From positions 2,838 through 66,837 of the forward strand of contig JAUNBT010000001.1 in assembly GCA_030526985.1 (NCBI GenBank): a stretch of 64,000 nucleotides of DNA, read 5' to 3'. The DNA comes from Lachnospiraceae bacterium. Its GTDB lineage: Bacteria > Bacillota > Clostridia > Lachnospirales > Lachnospiraceae. Under the pieces are notes generated by a model. It made no database searches, was not told where the DNA came from, and saw nothing but the letters and a program-made list of their open reading frames with translations. Positions 10,919-20,685 of the stretch are shown piece by piece; the first letter of the stretch is position 1; every line of letters begins with the position of its first letter. Made by a program: the position numbers and the translations under genes.

Positions 10919-13019
10919 CCTCTTGCAGGAGTTTTTGAGATTCTGAATGTGGACATCTAGTGACCACCCATTTCCCCCATCCCCCTTTTCCTTCAAAATG
11001 AACCCATCCATCTTTTTTTAGTCTTCTAATTTTGTATTCTACTGCCGATAGACTCTGTCCTGTCAAAAGTGCAATTTGACGGGCTGTGATTGTTGGCGTT
11101 TCTTCTATTATAGAAAGAATTTCTTTTCGTTCTTCTTCCTTTTTTGCCTGGATTCCCTGATTTTTTATCCCTATGGAAATAGGAGCGGAGAAAAGATTTA
11201 TCTCCTGGTTCCTTCGTTTTTGTTGTTCCCGATTTTGATTCATATAGAGAAGAAGATACTGAGGGTACACCTCTATTCTTTCCGTTTTCTTTATCATTTG
11301 TTCCACTATCACCTGCTCCATGATAGAGTCTTTCATACACAGGTCTATTTTTTTCAACCTGTTTTCCAGCCTGTCTTCCACCGTTATTGTATCTTTCCTA
11401 TTCTCCTGATTTATTTTTATTTTGCTGGGAACGACTTGATGATACTGTTCCTGTAACTGTTCCCTGACTTTTATCTTTTGCCTTTCCAGCTGATTTTGTC
11501 TCACGACATATTTTTCTTTGGAAATCGTCTGGTCAAGCAGACAGTCGAGCAATATTTCCTGTTTTTGCTCCAACTCTTTTTCTTTTTGTTCCAATGCTGT
11601 CTTTTGAGATTCCCATTTCCACGAATTTTTCGTTTCCTCTAACAAAACAGTTCTCAATAACTCTACCATTTTAATTCTCAGCCTCTTTTGCTCTTCATAA
11701 ACCGGCATATCATATTTTTCTCGATTCTTATACAGAATTTTCTTTAGATACTCTTCCGGCAAATGAAGATTATCACAGCCTTCCTTTTCGTCTGCCGTTT
11801 TTCCTTTCCATAATTTCGGTTTTTGATATTGGATACTTTTTCTTCCATAACTTAGATAGGTATTGCATTTCCATTGTATAACTCTTGTTTCTTTACCGTC
11901 TTTTTCTTTTTTGTCATAATAAGTTCTATAATAGGGTGCCTTACATAGACCGCATCTGATTTTACCGGAAAAGATCGGTTTTTCCCGATTCGTACTCCTT
12001 TGAAATGAAAAATCTGTTTTTGAATCTTGAAATGTATTTTGATTGGCTGTTTTTCCCCTTTCATCCACACTCCGATTGGCCCTTTCCCACAATTCTTTGG
12101 AAATAATTGCAGGGACTCTGTTTTCATGAACAATCCATTGTTCTTTTGGAAGATTTATCAACATTTTACGCTCAAAGTCATAGTGTTTTTTGTTCATGAC
12201 CACAGTTCCTTTGTAGAGAGGATTTCGAATCATCCGCAGTATACTGGCATCGGAAATCCGGTTTCCATTTCGATTCCGATATTCTTCCCGATAAAGCTCA
12301 TTTGCGATTCTTTTACATCCCAGACCATTTGCCGCCAACTGATAGATTCTCTCAATCATCGGTGCTTCCTTAACATCAATTTCAACTGTTTTGTCCGGCA
12401 TTTTTTTGTATCCGTAAGTTCGATTGGTAAGAATCAGATTTCTTCCGGTCTGCTGTCTGTGGTAATGGGCATTATTGATCTTTTTGGAAAGTTCCCGGCT
12501 ATAATCCTCCGCCAGAATGGCCTTAATTCCGATAATCAGGCTGTCTTTCGGCATATAAAATTTTCTTTCCAGATAAAGATACAGTTTTTTTCTGTTTTGC
12601 ACCATACGGTCAAGAAACAGATACCAGTCTTTTACATTCCTCATAAGACGGTCCACAGATTTAATAATAATAATGTCAAAATAATCGGTCTCCAGATCTT
12701 CATATAATTTTTGATATTCAAAACGTCCATAAGTAGATGTGGCACTTTTACTCTCTACATACTGATTCAAAAGTTCCCAACCCATCTGCTCTGCGCACTG
12801 ACAGGCTTCTTCTATCTGTTGTTCCAATGCATTTTTCTGGGATTCCTCCTCTGTGCTGCAGCGACAATAGATAACTGCCCGCTCTTTTTCCTCAGTCTCC
12901 CATCTGATCTGATTATTTATACTTATTATTTCTTTCACTGTTTTCCTTAGACAACCTTTCCCATAATTTTTTATATTCCTGTTCTGTAATCTGATTTCCC
13001 CGCAAAAGGTACGTTGCAA
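10896..13019 (-). CDS. Large serine recombinase (resolvase domain, recombinase domain, zinc ribbon/coiled coil, extra C-terminal winged-helix-like tail)
   Basis: AVIYCRCSTEEESQ (catalytic Ser context), SVDRLMRN, GYKK...IYQL..G.G...IA..L recombinase domain, and CGLCKAPYYR...WKCNTY zinc ribbon. The true start is probably the GTG near 12938 (VKEIISINN..., AAGGA RBS). The last 7 codons and the stop lie in host DNA left of the junction. Confidence 0.85.
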   Translation of the reverse strand: MQRTFCGEIRLQNRNIKNYGKGCLRKTVKEIISINNQIRWETEEKERAVIYCRCSTEEESQKNALEQQIEEACQCAEQMGWELLNQYVESKSATSTYGRFEYQKLYEDLETDYFDIIIIKSVDRLMRNVKDWYLFLDRMVQNRKKLYLYLERKFYMPKDSLIIGIKAILAEDYSRELSKKINNAHYHRQQTGRNLILTNRTYGYKKMPDKTVEIDVKEAPMIERIYQLAANGLGCKRIANELYREEYRNRNGNRISDASILRMIRNPLYKGTVVMNKKHYDFERKMLINLPKEQWIVHENRVPAIISKELWERANRSVDERGKTANQNTFQDSKTDFSFQRSTNREKPIFSGKIRCGLCKAPYYRTYYDKKEKDGKETRVIQWKCNTYLSYGRKSIQYQKPKLWKGKTADEKEGCDNLHLPEEYLKKILYKNREKYDMPVYEEQKRLRIKMVELLRTVLLEETKNSWKWESQKTALEQKEKELEQKQEILLDCLLDQTISKEKYVVRQNQLERQKIKVREQLQEQYHQVVPSKIKINQENRKDTITVEDRLENRLKKIDLCMKDSIMEQVIVEQMIKKTERIEVYPQYLLLYMNQNREQQKRRNQEINLFSAPISIGIKNQGIQAKKEEERKEILSIIEETPTITARQIALLTGQSLSAVEYKIRRLKKDGWVHFEGKGGWGKWVVTRCPHSESQKLLQEERPGWNK

Positions 13020-13116
13020 TTAAATAAAGAATTTCCTGACTTTCTTCTTTACACATAAAAAAGCACATCCCTTTTTTATCAGAATATGCTTCTTTTCTTT
13101 TTTTGTTCTGTTCCAA

Positions 13117-14693
13117 TCATTCTTCCGATTTATAAACCGGCTCTGGAAAGTCCGCACTTCCGATTAAAACTTTTTTCCCCTCAAATGCAAAACCATATTT
13201 TCGGATACGTTCTTTCGGAATTCCTCTTGCCGTTAACTGTGATTCATATTTTTTCTCATCGATTTGTTTTAATGCACATTTTACTGTATCAGAGAGATTT
13301 TTTTCTCTCCGGCTATTGAAGACCTTAAATTCTAAAATAATTCCATCCTCATTTTCTGATTTCGGCTCCAATAATACATCATATCTTCCAAACCCGCTTT
13401 CCCAATTCGATGTGATAAAATATCGATTTTGAAGATCCACAATCAATCCCAGTATAAAACCATGATAAAAACGTTCCGGTTCCCTTTTTTTCGTGTCGTC
13501 TTTTCCTTGATCTACATCAAAAAAGCTGAACATGCTAAGCGCAATCCGGTTCATATATTCATTCATGGCATCCAAATCATCCTCCAACAATGCCTTTAAA
13601 AAATCATTGTAATTATCGCTGTATTTCGAAAACCAGTCACGAACCATATTTTCAAACATAAGCTGTACTTCCAGATTGGTAAGCTTTAATTGATAGTATT
13701 CCTGCCCACGCTCCGTCTGCAGCTGTCCACAGATAGTCAGATAACCACTTGCAAGCAAAAGACTCCATACTGCATTCTCCGAGGTATCTAATTGATTAAA
13801 CACCAGCTGTTCCTCCAGCATTTGCTCTAAACACTCTCCCATGAGCAGCTTTTCAAAGTTGACTTTCAGCAATCTGCTGCCTTCCCGAATCACTTTTCCA
13901 ATCATCGCATTACTGCTTGTATTAGCCCAATAAGGTTTCAATTTCCTTTCGTCTAAATAATTCGTAATGGACCACGGATTATAAATTCCGCTTACATTTC
14001 CAAAGGTAAATCCGTCATACCATTTCTTTACCTCTGCTTTATGAGCTGTCAGTCCATATTCTTCCAGTGCCAAAAAAACTTCTTCTTCTGTAAATCCAAA
14101 ACAATCCGCATATTTATCCGACACCGCTGTTACTACAACCATGTTATTCAGATCGGAAAAGATAGACTCCCTGCTCACTCTGGTAATTCCCGTAAGAAGT
14201 GCCCTCTCCATATATGGATTTGACTTAAATGTAGAGTTAAAAATACCACGCATAAATCCTGCTAATTCATCCCAGTATCCATATACATAGGCCTCCTGCA
14301 TCGGTGTGTCATACTCATCTAAAAGCAAAATTACTTTTTTATCATAATATTTTGACAAATCTTCTTCTTTGTCTCTAAAAATGTAGTTTCTTTCACTTCA
14401 GCAAAACTTAAAAACAAGACCGGGTAAGTACCTTGCAGCCTTCGATACTGATTGTCTTCATATATATGAAGTCCTTCAAATAAGTCTTTTTTCTCCCGAT
14501 ATTCATAGGAAAAAAATGCTTCTGTCATGCTGAGCGTCAAGGTTTTTCCAAAACGACGGGGACGGGTAATCAAGGTAACCCTATCCTTGCTTTCCCACCA
14601 TCTTTTTATAAACAGGGTCTTATCGATATAAAAGGCCTGTTCTTTTATTATTTCTTCAAAATTCTGAAATCCAATTCCCACTGTTTTTGCCAC
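13117..14693 (-). pseudogene. AAA-ATPase-like / PD-(D/E)XK family gene, frameshifted and internally deleted
   Basis: Two overlapping ORFs (14331-14693 and 13117-14358) are both homologous to the intact paralogue at 2536-4227 (FYIDKTLFI...RPRRFGKTLTLSM, then VILLLDEYDTP...GRYDVLL...LEFKV). The frame switches near 14340-14360. About 50 aa are missing relative to the intact paralogue. Confidence 0.75.
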
Positions 14694-14784
14694 GACATCA
14701 CCAGCTTCCTTCTTCGCTAAAAAATCATTTCACCTTCTATTTCTTATCCTTTATTATAACCGATTTCTTCTTTTATGAACACTA

Positions 14785-15915
14785 TTATTTCCGGTTTACA
14801 AGATCCATCTCGAAATAGAATGTATAACAATCTTTTCCCAGTCTTTTTGATTTATACAATGCCTCATCTGCATGTTCAAAGAGCTCGTCATACTGCATTC
14901 CATTCTCAGGATATAAGGCAATTCCAATGCTTCCATGGATTTGTCTGGCTTTCTGGGGCATTTCAATCTGCTCTTTCATCATTTTAGTCAACTGCTCCAC
15001 CTTTCCGGTTACCTCTTCTTTACTTTTCATTTTCGGAATAAAAATGACAAACTCATCTCCACCGAATCTCCCCTTCACATCTTTTTTATCAAATATTTTG
15101 ATAATACACTCGCCCATACGGCGAAGCACAGCGTCCCCATAGATATGACCATAGGTATCATTAATTGATTTAAAATCGTCGATATCTATGACAAGCAGGG
15201 CCGCTTTTTCCTCTGTATTTTCGATACACTCTTTTATTCTTCTCTGGGTTGCCGATTTTGTCATAAGCTTTGTCAAATCATCCATATCCCGTTCCCGTTC
15301 AATATAGCGCTGCATAATCAAATCGTGTATTTTCGTCTGGGTAATATGAATATTTACTGCAATTCCAAGAAACAGAAAACTCAAGCTGTTTACCATATCT
15401 AAGTTTGCCATCTCAGCAGGCTTGATTTGATAGGATATATAACAAAAAATAAAGGTAACTACGATCAGGAGAAGGGACATGCGGTAAGGCTTATCGATAA
15501 AAAGGAGAGGAATCACAAAGAGAAGGACACAAAAGGTTGTGGCCGGTTTATCCGGCTGATTGAAAACTCCTAAAACAATGCCAAAGCTATATGTAATAAT
15601 CATTAAAGCGTAGCATCCTGCCAATACCATTTTAGGATGATTTTTACCACACTGTATAGAAAGAAAAAATAATATTCCGATTGCAATCATACAGATTCCG
15701 TACAAATTCCGGTTTCCTTCTATCGTACTGTCTTTAAATGACGCTGCAAACAATAAAAACAAAATAATCCCTGCAATCAAAGTAATACTGCGCAAAACAT
15801 CGCTGTTTTTCTTCTGAATCAAATCTTCCACATCCATATAATCTTTTGGATCGTTACAGCCGTAAATCAAAAATTTTCTAACCCAGAATTTGACTGTTTC
15901 AACTTTGTTTTTCAT
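14785..15915 (-). CDS. Membrane-anchored diguanylate cyclase (GGDEF domain)
   Basis: 376 aa. Multi-TM N-terminus, then DIDDFKSINDTYGH and RFGGDEFVIF (GGDEF active site). Confidence 0.85.
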   Translation of the reverse strand: MKNKVETVKFWVRKFLIYGCNDPKDYMDVEDLIQKKNSDVLRSITLIAGIILFLLFAASFKDSTIEGNRNLYGICMIAIGILFFLSIQCGKNHPKMVLAGCYALMIITYSFGIVLGVFNQPDKPATTFCVLLFVIPLLFIDKPYRMSLLLIVVTFIFCYISYQIKPAEMANLDMVNSLSFLFLGIAVNIHITQTKIHDLIMQRYIERERDMDDLTKLMTKSATQRRIKECIENTEEKAALLVIDIDDFKSINDTYGHIYGDAVLRRMGECIIKIFDKKDVKGRFGGDEFVIFIPKMKSKEEVTGKVEQLTKMMKEQIEMPQKARQIHGSIGIALYPENGMQYDELFEHADEALYKSKRLGKDCYTFYFEMDLVNRK

Positions 15916-16022
15916 ATGAAATCTCTCTCCTCCTTACTTTTTCCCAGCAGGGAAACCAAAGGTTTCCAAGCTTGTCTCTAAACAACTACTGTACTTTTAT
16001 CAAAAAAGCTTCCTGCCTCTTT

Positions 16023-16127
16023 AAACTAGATTGGCTTTTAATGTCTGTGATTTTACTTTGCCTTATGGCTATGGCTCTCTATGGAATCGTTGGAAAATTG
16101 GAAAAATGGATTTTTTCAGAAGAATAA
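16023..16127 (+). pseudogene. ABC transporter permease, displaced 3' fragment
   Basis: Manual translation gives KLDWLLMSVILLCLMAMALYGIVGKLEKWIFSEE*. This is the last TM helix and tail typical of this permease family. It is in frame with 10916-10918 once the element is removed. Confidence 0.75.
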
Positions 16128-16144
16128 TATAGAAGATGATATCA

Positions 16145-16183
16145 CTGTTCAGAACCGGAGGATACGGTTCTGAACAGTTTTTC
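16145..16183 (+). terminator. Intrinsic terminator after the permease fragment
   Basis: 13-bp perfect stem CTGTTCAGAACCG / CGGTTCTGAACAG, followed by TTTTT. Confidence 0.8.
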
Positions 16184-16200
16184 TTTCTATTCATTTTTGA

Positions 16201-16644
16201 TTAATTGGATTTTATACGTTTTGATTTTGCTTCAATCACAATCTCACAATCAGAAATATGGGTATAATTCACTTCCAGTGAATATCTTACTTTGGCGCGA
16301 ATCTTATCTTCCTCTTCCCGGATTCGGATTGATTCTGTTGTCACTCCCATCAAAAGACTCCCCATCACCGTATCATAATAGGTCAGGTTCGTCTTGCCCT
16401 CCTCAAAAATCATCTGGGCATTGGTCGCGCCACTTTTAAAGACTTCTACTTTATTCGGATCAATCTTAATTCGATTCTTGGTAAGACCGCCATCTTCCAT
16501 ATCAGACTCATCGTATAAAATATAATGTTTTCCATTCTTATTATAATAGGAACCCATCGTAATCAATTCTACCGGTTCAGAGGCTTCAATCTCAAACTGA
16601 ATGCCGGACACGGTTACCATAATCTCTTTTGTCATTCTATTCAT
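16201..16644 (-). CDS. DUF1934 family protein (YwiB-like)
   Basis: 147 aa. Beta-rich pattern ...YYNKNGKHYILYDES.......IKI....V.....G.......F..G... is typical of DUF1934. Confidence 0.6.
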   Translation of the reverse strand: MNRMTKEIMVTVSGIQFEIEASEPVELITMGSYYNKNGKHYILYDESDMEDGGLTKNRIKIDPNKVEVFKSGATNAQMIFEEGKTNLTYYDTVMGSLLMGVTTESIRIREEEDKIRAKVRYSLEVNYTHISDCEIVIEAKSKRIKSN

Positions 16645-16652
16645 TCCCTCTC

Positions 16653-17468
16653 TTATTCCTGTTCATACTTTTCTATATTTACTACCCGGATTTTGTCCAC
16701 AGAAAATGGAAGTACACGGTCGGCAAAGGAGGTGAACTGATCTGTCATATCGCTGACATAATATTCGTGATGTACCTCTTCTCCCGAAGTATTCAGTATT
16801 TTTTTTGAAATCAGCATTTCTTTTAAACTTTTGGCTGTCTCATAAGCAGGATTTACAAGTTTAATCTTATCCCCTAATGTTCTTCGGATTGTATTGCTCA
16901 GCAGTGGATAATGGGTACATCCAAGTACTAATGCATCCACGTTATAATCTTTAAATTCCCCTAAATAGCGGTTCGCAATATCATCTGTGACCCTGTCTTC
17001 CACAAGTCCTTCCTCCACCAATGGGGCAAACAAAGGACAGGCTTTCGTAACCACCGTAATCTCCGGATTCAGTTGGTGAAGATACCGGTTATAAACCTTA
17101 CTTTTTATCGTCGCCGCAGTGCCAATGACACCGATATTCTTTGTCTTTGTCGCTTCCGCTGCTGCTATGGCACCAGGCCATACAACACCAATGACAGGAA
17201 TATCAACTTTCTCTGCAATACTTTCTAAGGCAAGCGCACTTGCCGTATTACAGGCAATCACAATTGCCTTGACATTCTTCGTTTTTAAAAAATTCGTAAT
17301 CTGGGTCGAATAACGGATAATCGTCTGTTTGCTCTTACTTCCATAAGGAACTCTGGCGGTGTCTCCAAAATACACCAGGTTCTCCTCCGGCAGCTGGCGC
17401 ATAATCTCCCTTGTCACCGTAAGACCGCCGACACCGGAATCGAATACGCCAATTGGTTCTTGATTCAT
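16653..17468 (-). CDS. murI: Glutamate racemase
   Basis: IGVFDSGVGGLTV, IVIACNTASA and VLGCTHYPLL motifs. The ATG at 17468 follows GAGGTGG. Confidence 0.9.
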   Translation of the reverse strand: MNQEPIGVFDSGVGGLTVTREIMRQLPEENLVYFGDTARVPYGSKSKQTIIRYSTQITNFLKTKNVKAIVIACNTASALALESIAEKVDIPVIGVVWPGAIAAAEATKTKNIGVIGTAATIKSKVYNRYLHQLNPEITVVTKACPLFAPLVEEGLVEDRVTDDIANRYLGEFKDYNVDALVLGCTHYPLLSNTIRRTLGDKIKLVNPAYETAKSLKEMLISKKILNTSGEEVHHEYYVSDMTDQFTSFADRVLPFSVDKIRVVNIEKYEQE

Positions 17469-17478
17469 AAGACCACCT

Positions 17479-18549
17479 CTACTCAAATCGATTCAGGCAC
17501 AGCTCAATTAACTGACTGACTAACTCTTTTGTGTCAATTCCTCTTGCCGCCCACAGCATAGGATACATGCTGATTGAGGTAAAACCAGGCATTGTATTAA
17601 TCTCATTAAATACAACCTCATCTGTTCCATTCTCCACAAAAAAATCCACCCTGGAAAGACCGTTTCCGCTGACTGCAGTAAAAATACGGACTGCAGCTTC
17701 CCGGATTTTCTCAGCAACCCCTTCTGGAAGCTCGGGATCCGTCACTGTTCTTGATTCCGCATTATTATATTTGGAATCGTAAGTATAAAATCCTTCTGCA
17801 CCTGCCGCTAAAATCTCACCCACACCGGACGCTTTCGCCTGTTCATTACCAAGAACTGCACACTCTACTTCTCTTCCGGTAATCGTCTCCTCCACTAAAA
17901 TCTTGCTGTCGTGTCCGGCGGCAAGTAGGAGAGCCTTCTTTAGTCCCTCCCGGTCAGAAGCTTTCGATACTCCGTTAGAAGATCCGGCACAGCAGGGTTT
18001 TACAAATACCGGATAGGAAAGAGTATCTTCTACATCAGATATTACCCGATCCATCTCTTTTAACTCTTCTTTATGTACTCCGACATAGTTTGCCTGACGG
18101 ATTCCGCCGATATGTTCTACAATAATCTTTGTATAAAACTTATCCATGGATACGCTGGAAGCAAGAACACCACATCCTACATAAGGAATCCGGGCAAGTT
18201 CAAATAGTCCCTGCACTGTTCCATCTTCTCCATTCGGTCCGTGAAGTACCGGGAAGATGACATCGATCTTCTTTGAAATTACTGTTCCCTCTCCTGTAAA
18301 GACCAAAAGCTCTTTCGTCTGTGCATCTGGGGAAAGAAGGGCTTTCTTTCCTGTCTCTCTCCAGGTATCCTTCTTAATTTCTTCTATACTGTCTACGAAG
18401 CGCCATGCACCTTCTTTTGTAATTCCCACAAGAGTAATCTGATAGCGTTCTTCGTCTATGTTGCGGATTACAGTCTGAGCAGACATACATGACACCTCAT
18501 GCTCTGATGAGTTTCCGCCAAATAATACCATTACATTCTTTTTATTCAT
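17479..18549 (-). CDS. ddl: D-alanine--D-alanine ligase
   Basis: 356 aa. FPVLHGPNGEDGTVQGLFEL, ATP-grasp core and EINTMPGFT. It ends in TAG. Confidence 0.9.
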   Translation of the reverse strand: MNKKNVMVLFGGNSSEHEVSCMSAQTVIRNIDEERYQITLVGITKEGAWRFVDSIEEIKKDTWRETGKKALLSPDAQTKELLVFTGEGTVISKKIDVIFPVLHGPNGEDGTVQGLFELARIPYVGCGVLASSVSMDKFYTKIIVEHIGGIRQANYVGVHKEELKEMDRVISDVEDTLSYPVFVKPCCAGSSNGVSKASDREGLKKALLLAAGHDSKILVEETITGREVECAVLGNEQAKASGVGEILAAGAEGFYTYDSKYNNAESRTVTDPELPEGVAEKIREAAVRIFTAVSGNGLSRVDFFVENGTDEVVFNEINTMPGFTSISMYPMLWAARGIDTKELVSQLIELCLNRFE

Positions 18550-18684
18550 ACCAATATCCTTCTTTACTTTTCTAAAATTCTCTTTTCCACTTTGATAAAT
18601 ATCAAAAAAGAGAGAACTGCTTGTCGGTACTATTTTACCTTGAAACTAGTGTTTTGGCAAGATTACATTTTCCTGACAAATTAC

Positions 18685-19860
18685 TTAAATGATTTTATAA
18701 GTATTCTTTCCAGATTTTTTCGCCATATACATGGCGCGGTCGGCAAGTTCAAATCCATCTTGAAAAGTTTGAAACCGTCCCGGCTTCACCAAAAGCCCCC
18801 CGACACTTACGGAATAGGAAAGTTTATCCTTCTCTGTTTTCACCAGTTCATTACATTTATGACAAAGCATTTTTGCTCTTTGCTTGATAAGCTCTTTTGA
18901 AATACTGCTATTTCTCATAAATACGACAAATTCATCTCCTCCAAATCTTCCGACGATATCATCTTCCCGAAATACAGTCCGAAGCTCACCTGCAATTTTT
19001 CGAATCAGCAAATCCCCTTCTGCATGGCCTAAGCTGTCATTTACCACTTTAAAATCATCGATGTCCACTACAAACAGGGCACCACCCTCTATGATGATTT
19101 CATCAATCAGAGTCATCGCTGTCACCTTGTTTAAAAGCCCTGTTAGTCCATCGTGGCTTGCTTTTCGGGACAGGCGTTTCATCTCTTTTTCGTATCCCAT
19201 CATCTTAATCAGCCGCATATTATAAAACAGAAAGCCCCAATTCGCACACCAAAACAGAATGCAGATAACAATATTATCCACAATTAACCACGGATTTTTC
19301 AACAATTCTTCTGAAAACAGATATCTGTGGAGTAAAAGGAATAGATTACTCGTTCCCATCCAGCCATTCATTCCCCTTCGAAAAGACGGATGATCGGCGA
19401 TAAGCCGTATCTTTTTCATTGGTAGCTTCTTCTGGGCAAAGGACAAAATAAGAATCAAGGCTGTCGTTGCAACAACTGCACAATGCCAGGTAAAGAATTT
19501 CCCTTTTGACGACCAGTCTGTCCACTGACCTGCAAATAATAAAATAGAAAATACAAGGGTATTGATTACGATAATATTTAAAATATAGGCATTGACCAAA
19601 AATAATACGGATGGCTTCTGCCCATGCCACAAAAGGTTATATGCCAAAAACATAGTAACATAGAGTGACACAATTGCTGCTTCCCCTGGCAAAAATAAAA
19701 TTCCCACTTCGCAAAGCAGACTTCCAATCAGGCAGACAGCGATGCGCTTTCCGCCTGAAGCTTTAATCTCTTTAAAAATCGTCTCTGAAAATACCAGCGA
19801 TTTGCGGGCAAAAATGAATATAAGAATATATAATAACAAAACCCGGATGATTGCTTCCAT
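18685..19860 (-). CDS. Membrane-anchored diguanylate cyclase (GGDEF domain)
   Basis: 391 aa. Polytopic N-terminus, then DIDDFKVVNDSLGH and RFGGDEFVVF. Confidence 0.85.
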   Translation of the reverse strand: MEAIIRVLLLYILIFIFARKSLVFSETIFKEIKASGGKRIAVCLIGSLLCEVGILFLPGEAAIVSLYVTMFLAYNLLWHGQKPSVLFLVNAYILNIIVINTLVFSILLFAGQWTDWSSKGKFFTWHCAVVATTALILILSFAQKKLPMKKIRLIADHPSFRRGMNGWMGTSNLFLLLHRYLFSEELLKNPWLIVDNIVICILFWCANWGFLFYNMRLIKMMGYEKEMKRLSRKASHDGLTGLLNKVTAMTLIDEIIIEGGALFVVDIDDFKVVNDSLGHAEGDLLIRKIAGELRTVFREDDIVGRFGGDEFVVFMRNSSISKELIKQRAKMLCHKCNELVKTEKDKLSYSVSVGGLLVKPGRFQTFQDGFELADRAMYMAKKSGKNTYKII

Positions 19861-19930
19861 AAGTTCCTCACTTTTTCTTTTGTACTATTACAAGCAATAG
19901 TATAGCACAAACAAAAAAATAAAACAGGGA

Positions 19931-20647
19931 TTAAAAAAATTTTTTTAATTTTTCAACCAGCTTCCATTTGATATGCATTACTTTTTTCTTTTCTCCCGCT
20001 TTTGTCTGTCCAGTTTTTTCTCTATTTACTTGATTTAGGAAAAGCGATGCATAAGTATCCTCCGTCAGATTATTTTCAAATTCTTCCTTTGCTTTTTGGG
20101 GCACCTCCTCTATGGCTCCCCCTGCAGTACAAAGAGAAGGATACATCATGCACCACCAGTTCTTTCCTTTTGCCTCTCCTAAGTCCACCCGAAGAGCGTC
20201 ATAGACACCGCAGGGAAAAATCATATCGCCATATTGTTTTAATGGAAATTCTTCTCTGGTAAGTTTTACCTTAACCTTAATATTTTCTCCCTCGGATAAG
20301 CACACCGCTCTGGCAATTTCTTCGATTTGTTTTCTATTATTTTCTACTATTTCCATACAGCTTTGTTTCGACTTACAGTCACCTAAAAGTTCCTGCAGAT
20401 AAACTAACACATGGTCTTTGACTTTTAATTTCAAACGCTGATCTTCTTCTTTGTCACTGACCGCCCGGATATGAAAGCGCAGAACATTCTTTGAGATCTC
20501 TAGCTGTCTTGTCTGCTGCTGCGATGATTTCTTTTGCTTCCATGCAATCCTGCTCCCTGCGAAAAGAATCATAATCAAGAAACATACCATACAAAAAGGA
20601 ACTATAACCATTCGCCTGGCTGCTTTTTTATTCTTTCTTTCTGTCAT
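19931..20647 (-). CDS. spoIIR: Stage II sporulation protein R
   Basis: LRFHIRAVSDKEEDQRLKLKVKD and NWWCMMYPSLC are hallmark SpoIIR motifs. An N-terminal signal anchor is present. Confidence 0.85.
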   Translation of the reverse strand: MTERKNKKAARRMVIVPFCMVCFLIMILFAGSRIAWKQKKSSQQQTRQLEISKNVLRFHIRAVSDKEEDQRLKLKVKDHVLVYLQELLGDCKSKQSCMEIVENNRKQIEEIARAVCLSEGENIKVKVKLTREEFPLKQYGDMIFPCGVYDALRVDLGEAKGKNWWCMMYPSLCTAGGAIEEVPQKAKEEFENNLTEDTYASLFLNQVNREKTGQTKAGEKKKVMHIKWKLVEKLKKFF

Positions 20648-20685
20648 AAGAAAATCCTCCTTTTCTTTTGGAGTATTCCCTGTTT

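Larger units (their letters stand above)
10919..16022. mobile_element. 5104-bp integrated element with a large serine recombinase, inserted in the ABC permease gene
   Basis: Both junctions share TCTTT. Removing 10919-16022 restores the permease frame. The joined element ends form imperfect inverted arms. Boundaries are uncertain by up to 5 bp because of the shared TCTTT. Confidence 0.75.

Noticed and set aside
12027-12707. 226-aa plus-strand ORF, and many 60-130-aa ORFs nested antisense or out of frame inside larger genes (for example 2087-2308, 4834-5211, 11026-11456, 35157-35552, 63217-63645)
   Set aside because: These are shadow ORFs inside well-supported genes. They have low-complexity or Cys/Phe/Leu-rich translations, no RBS and no recognisable family.
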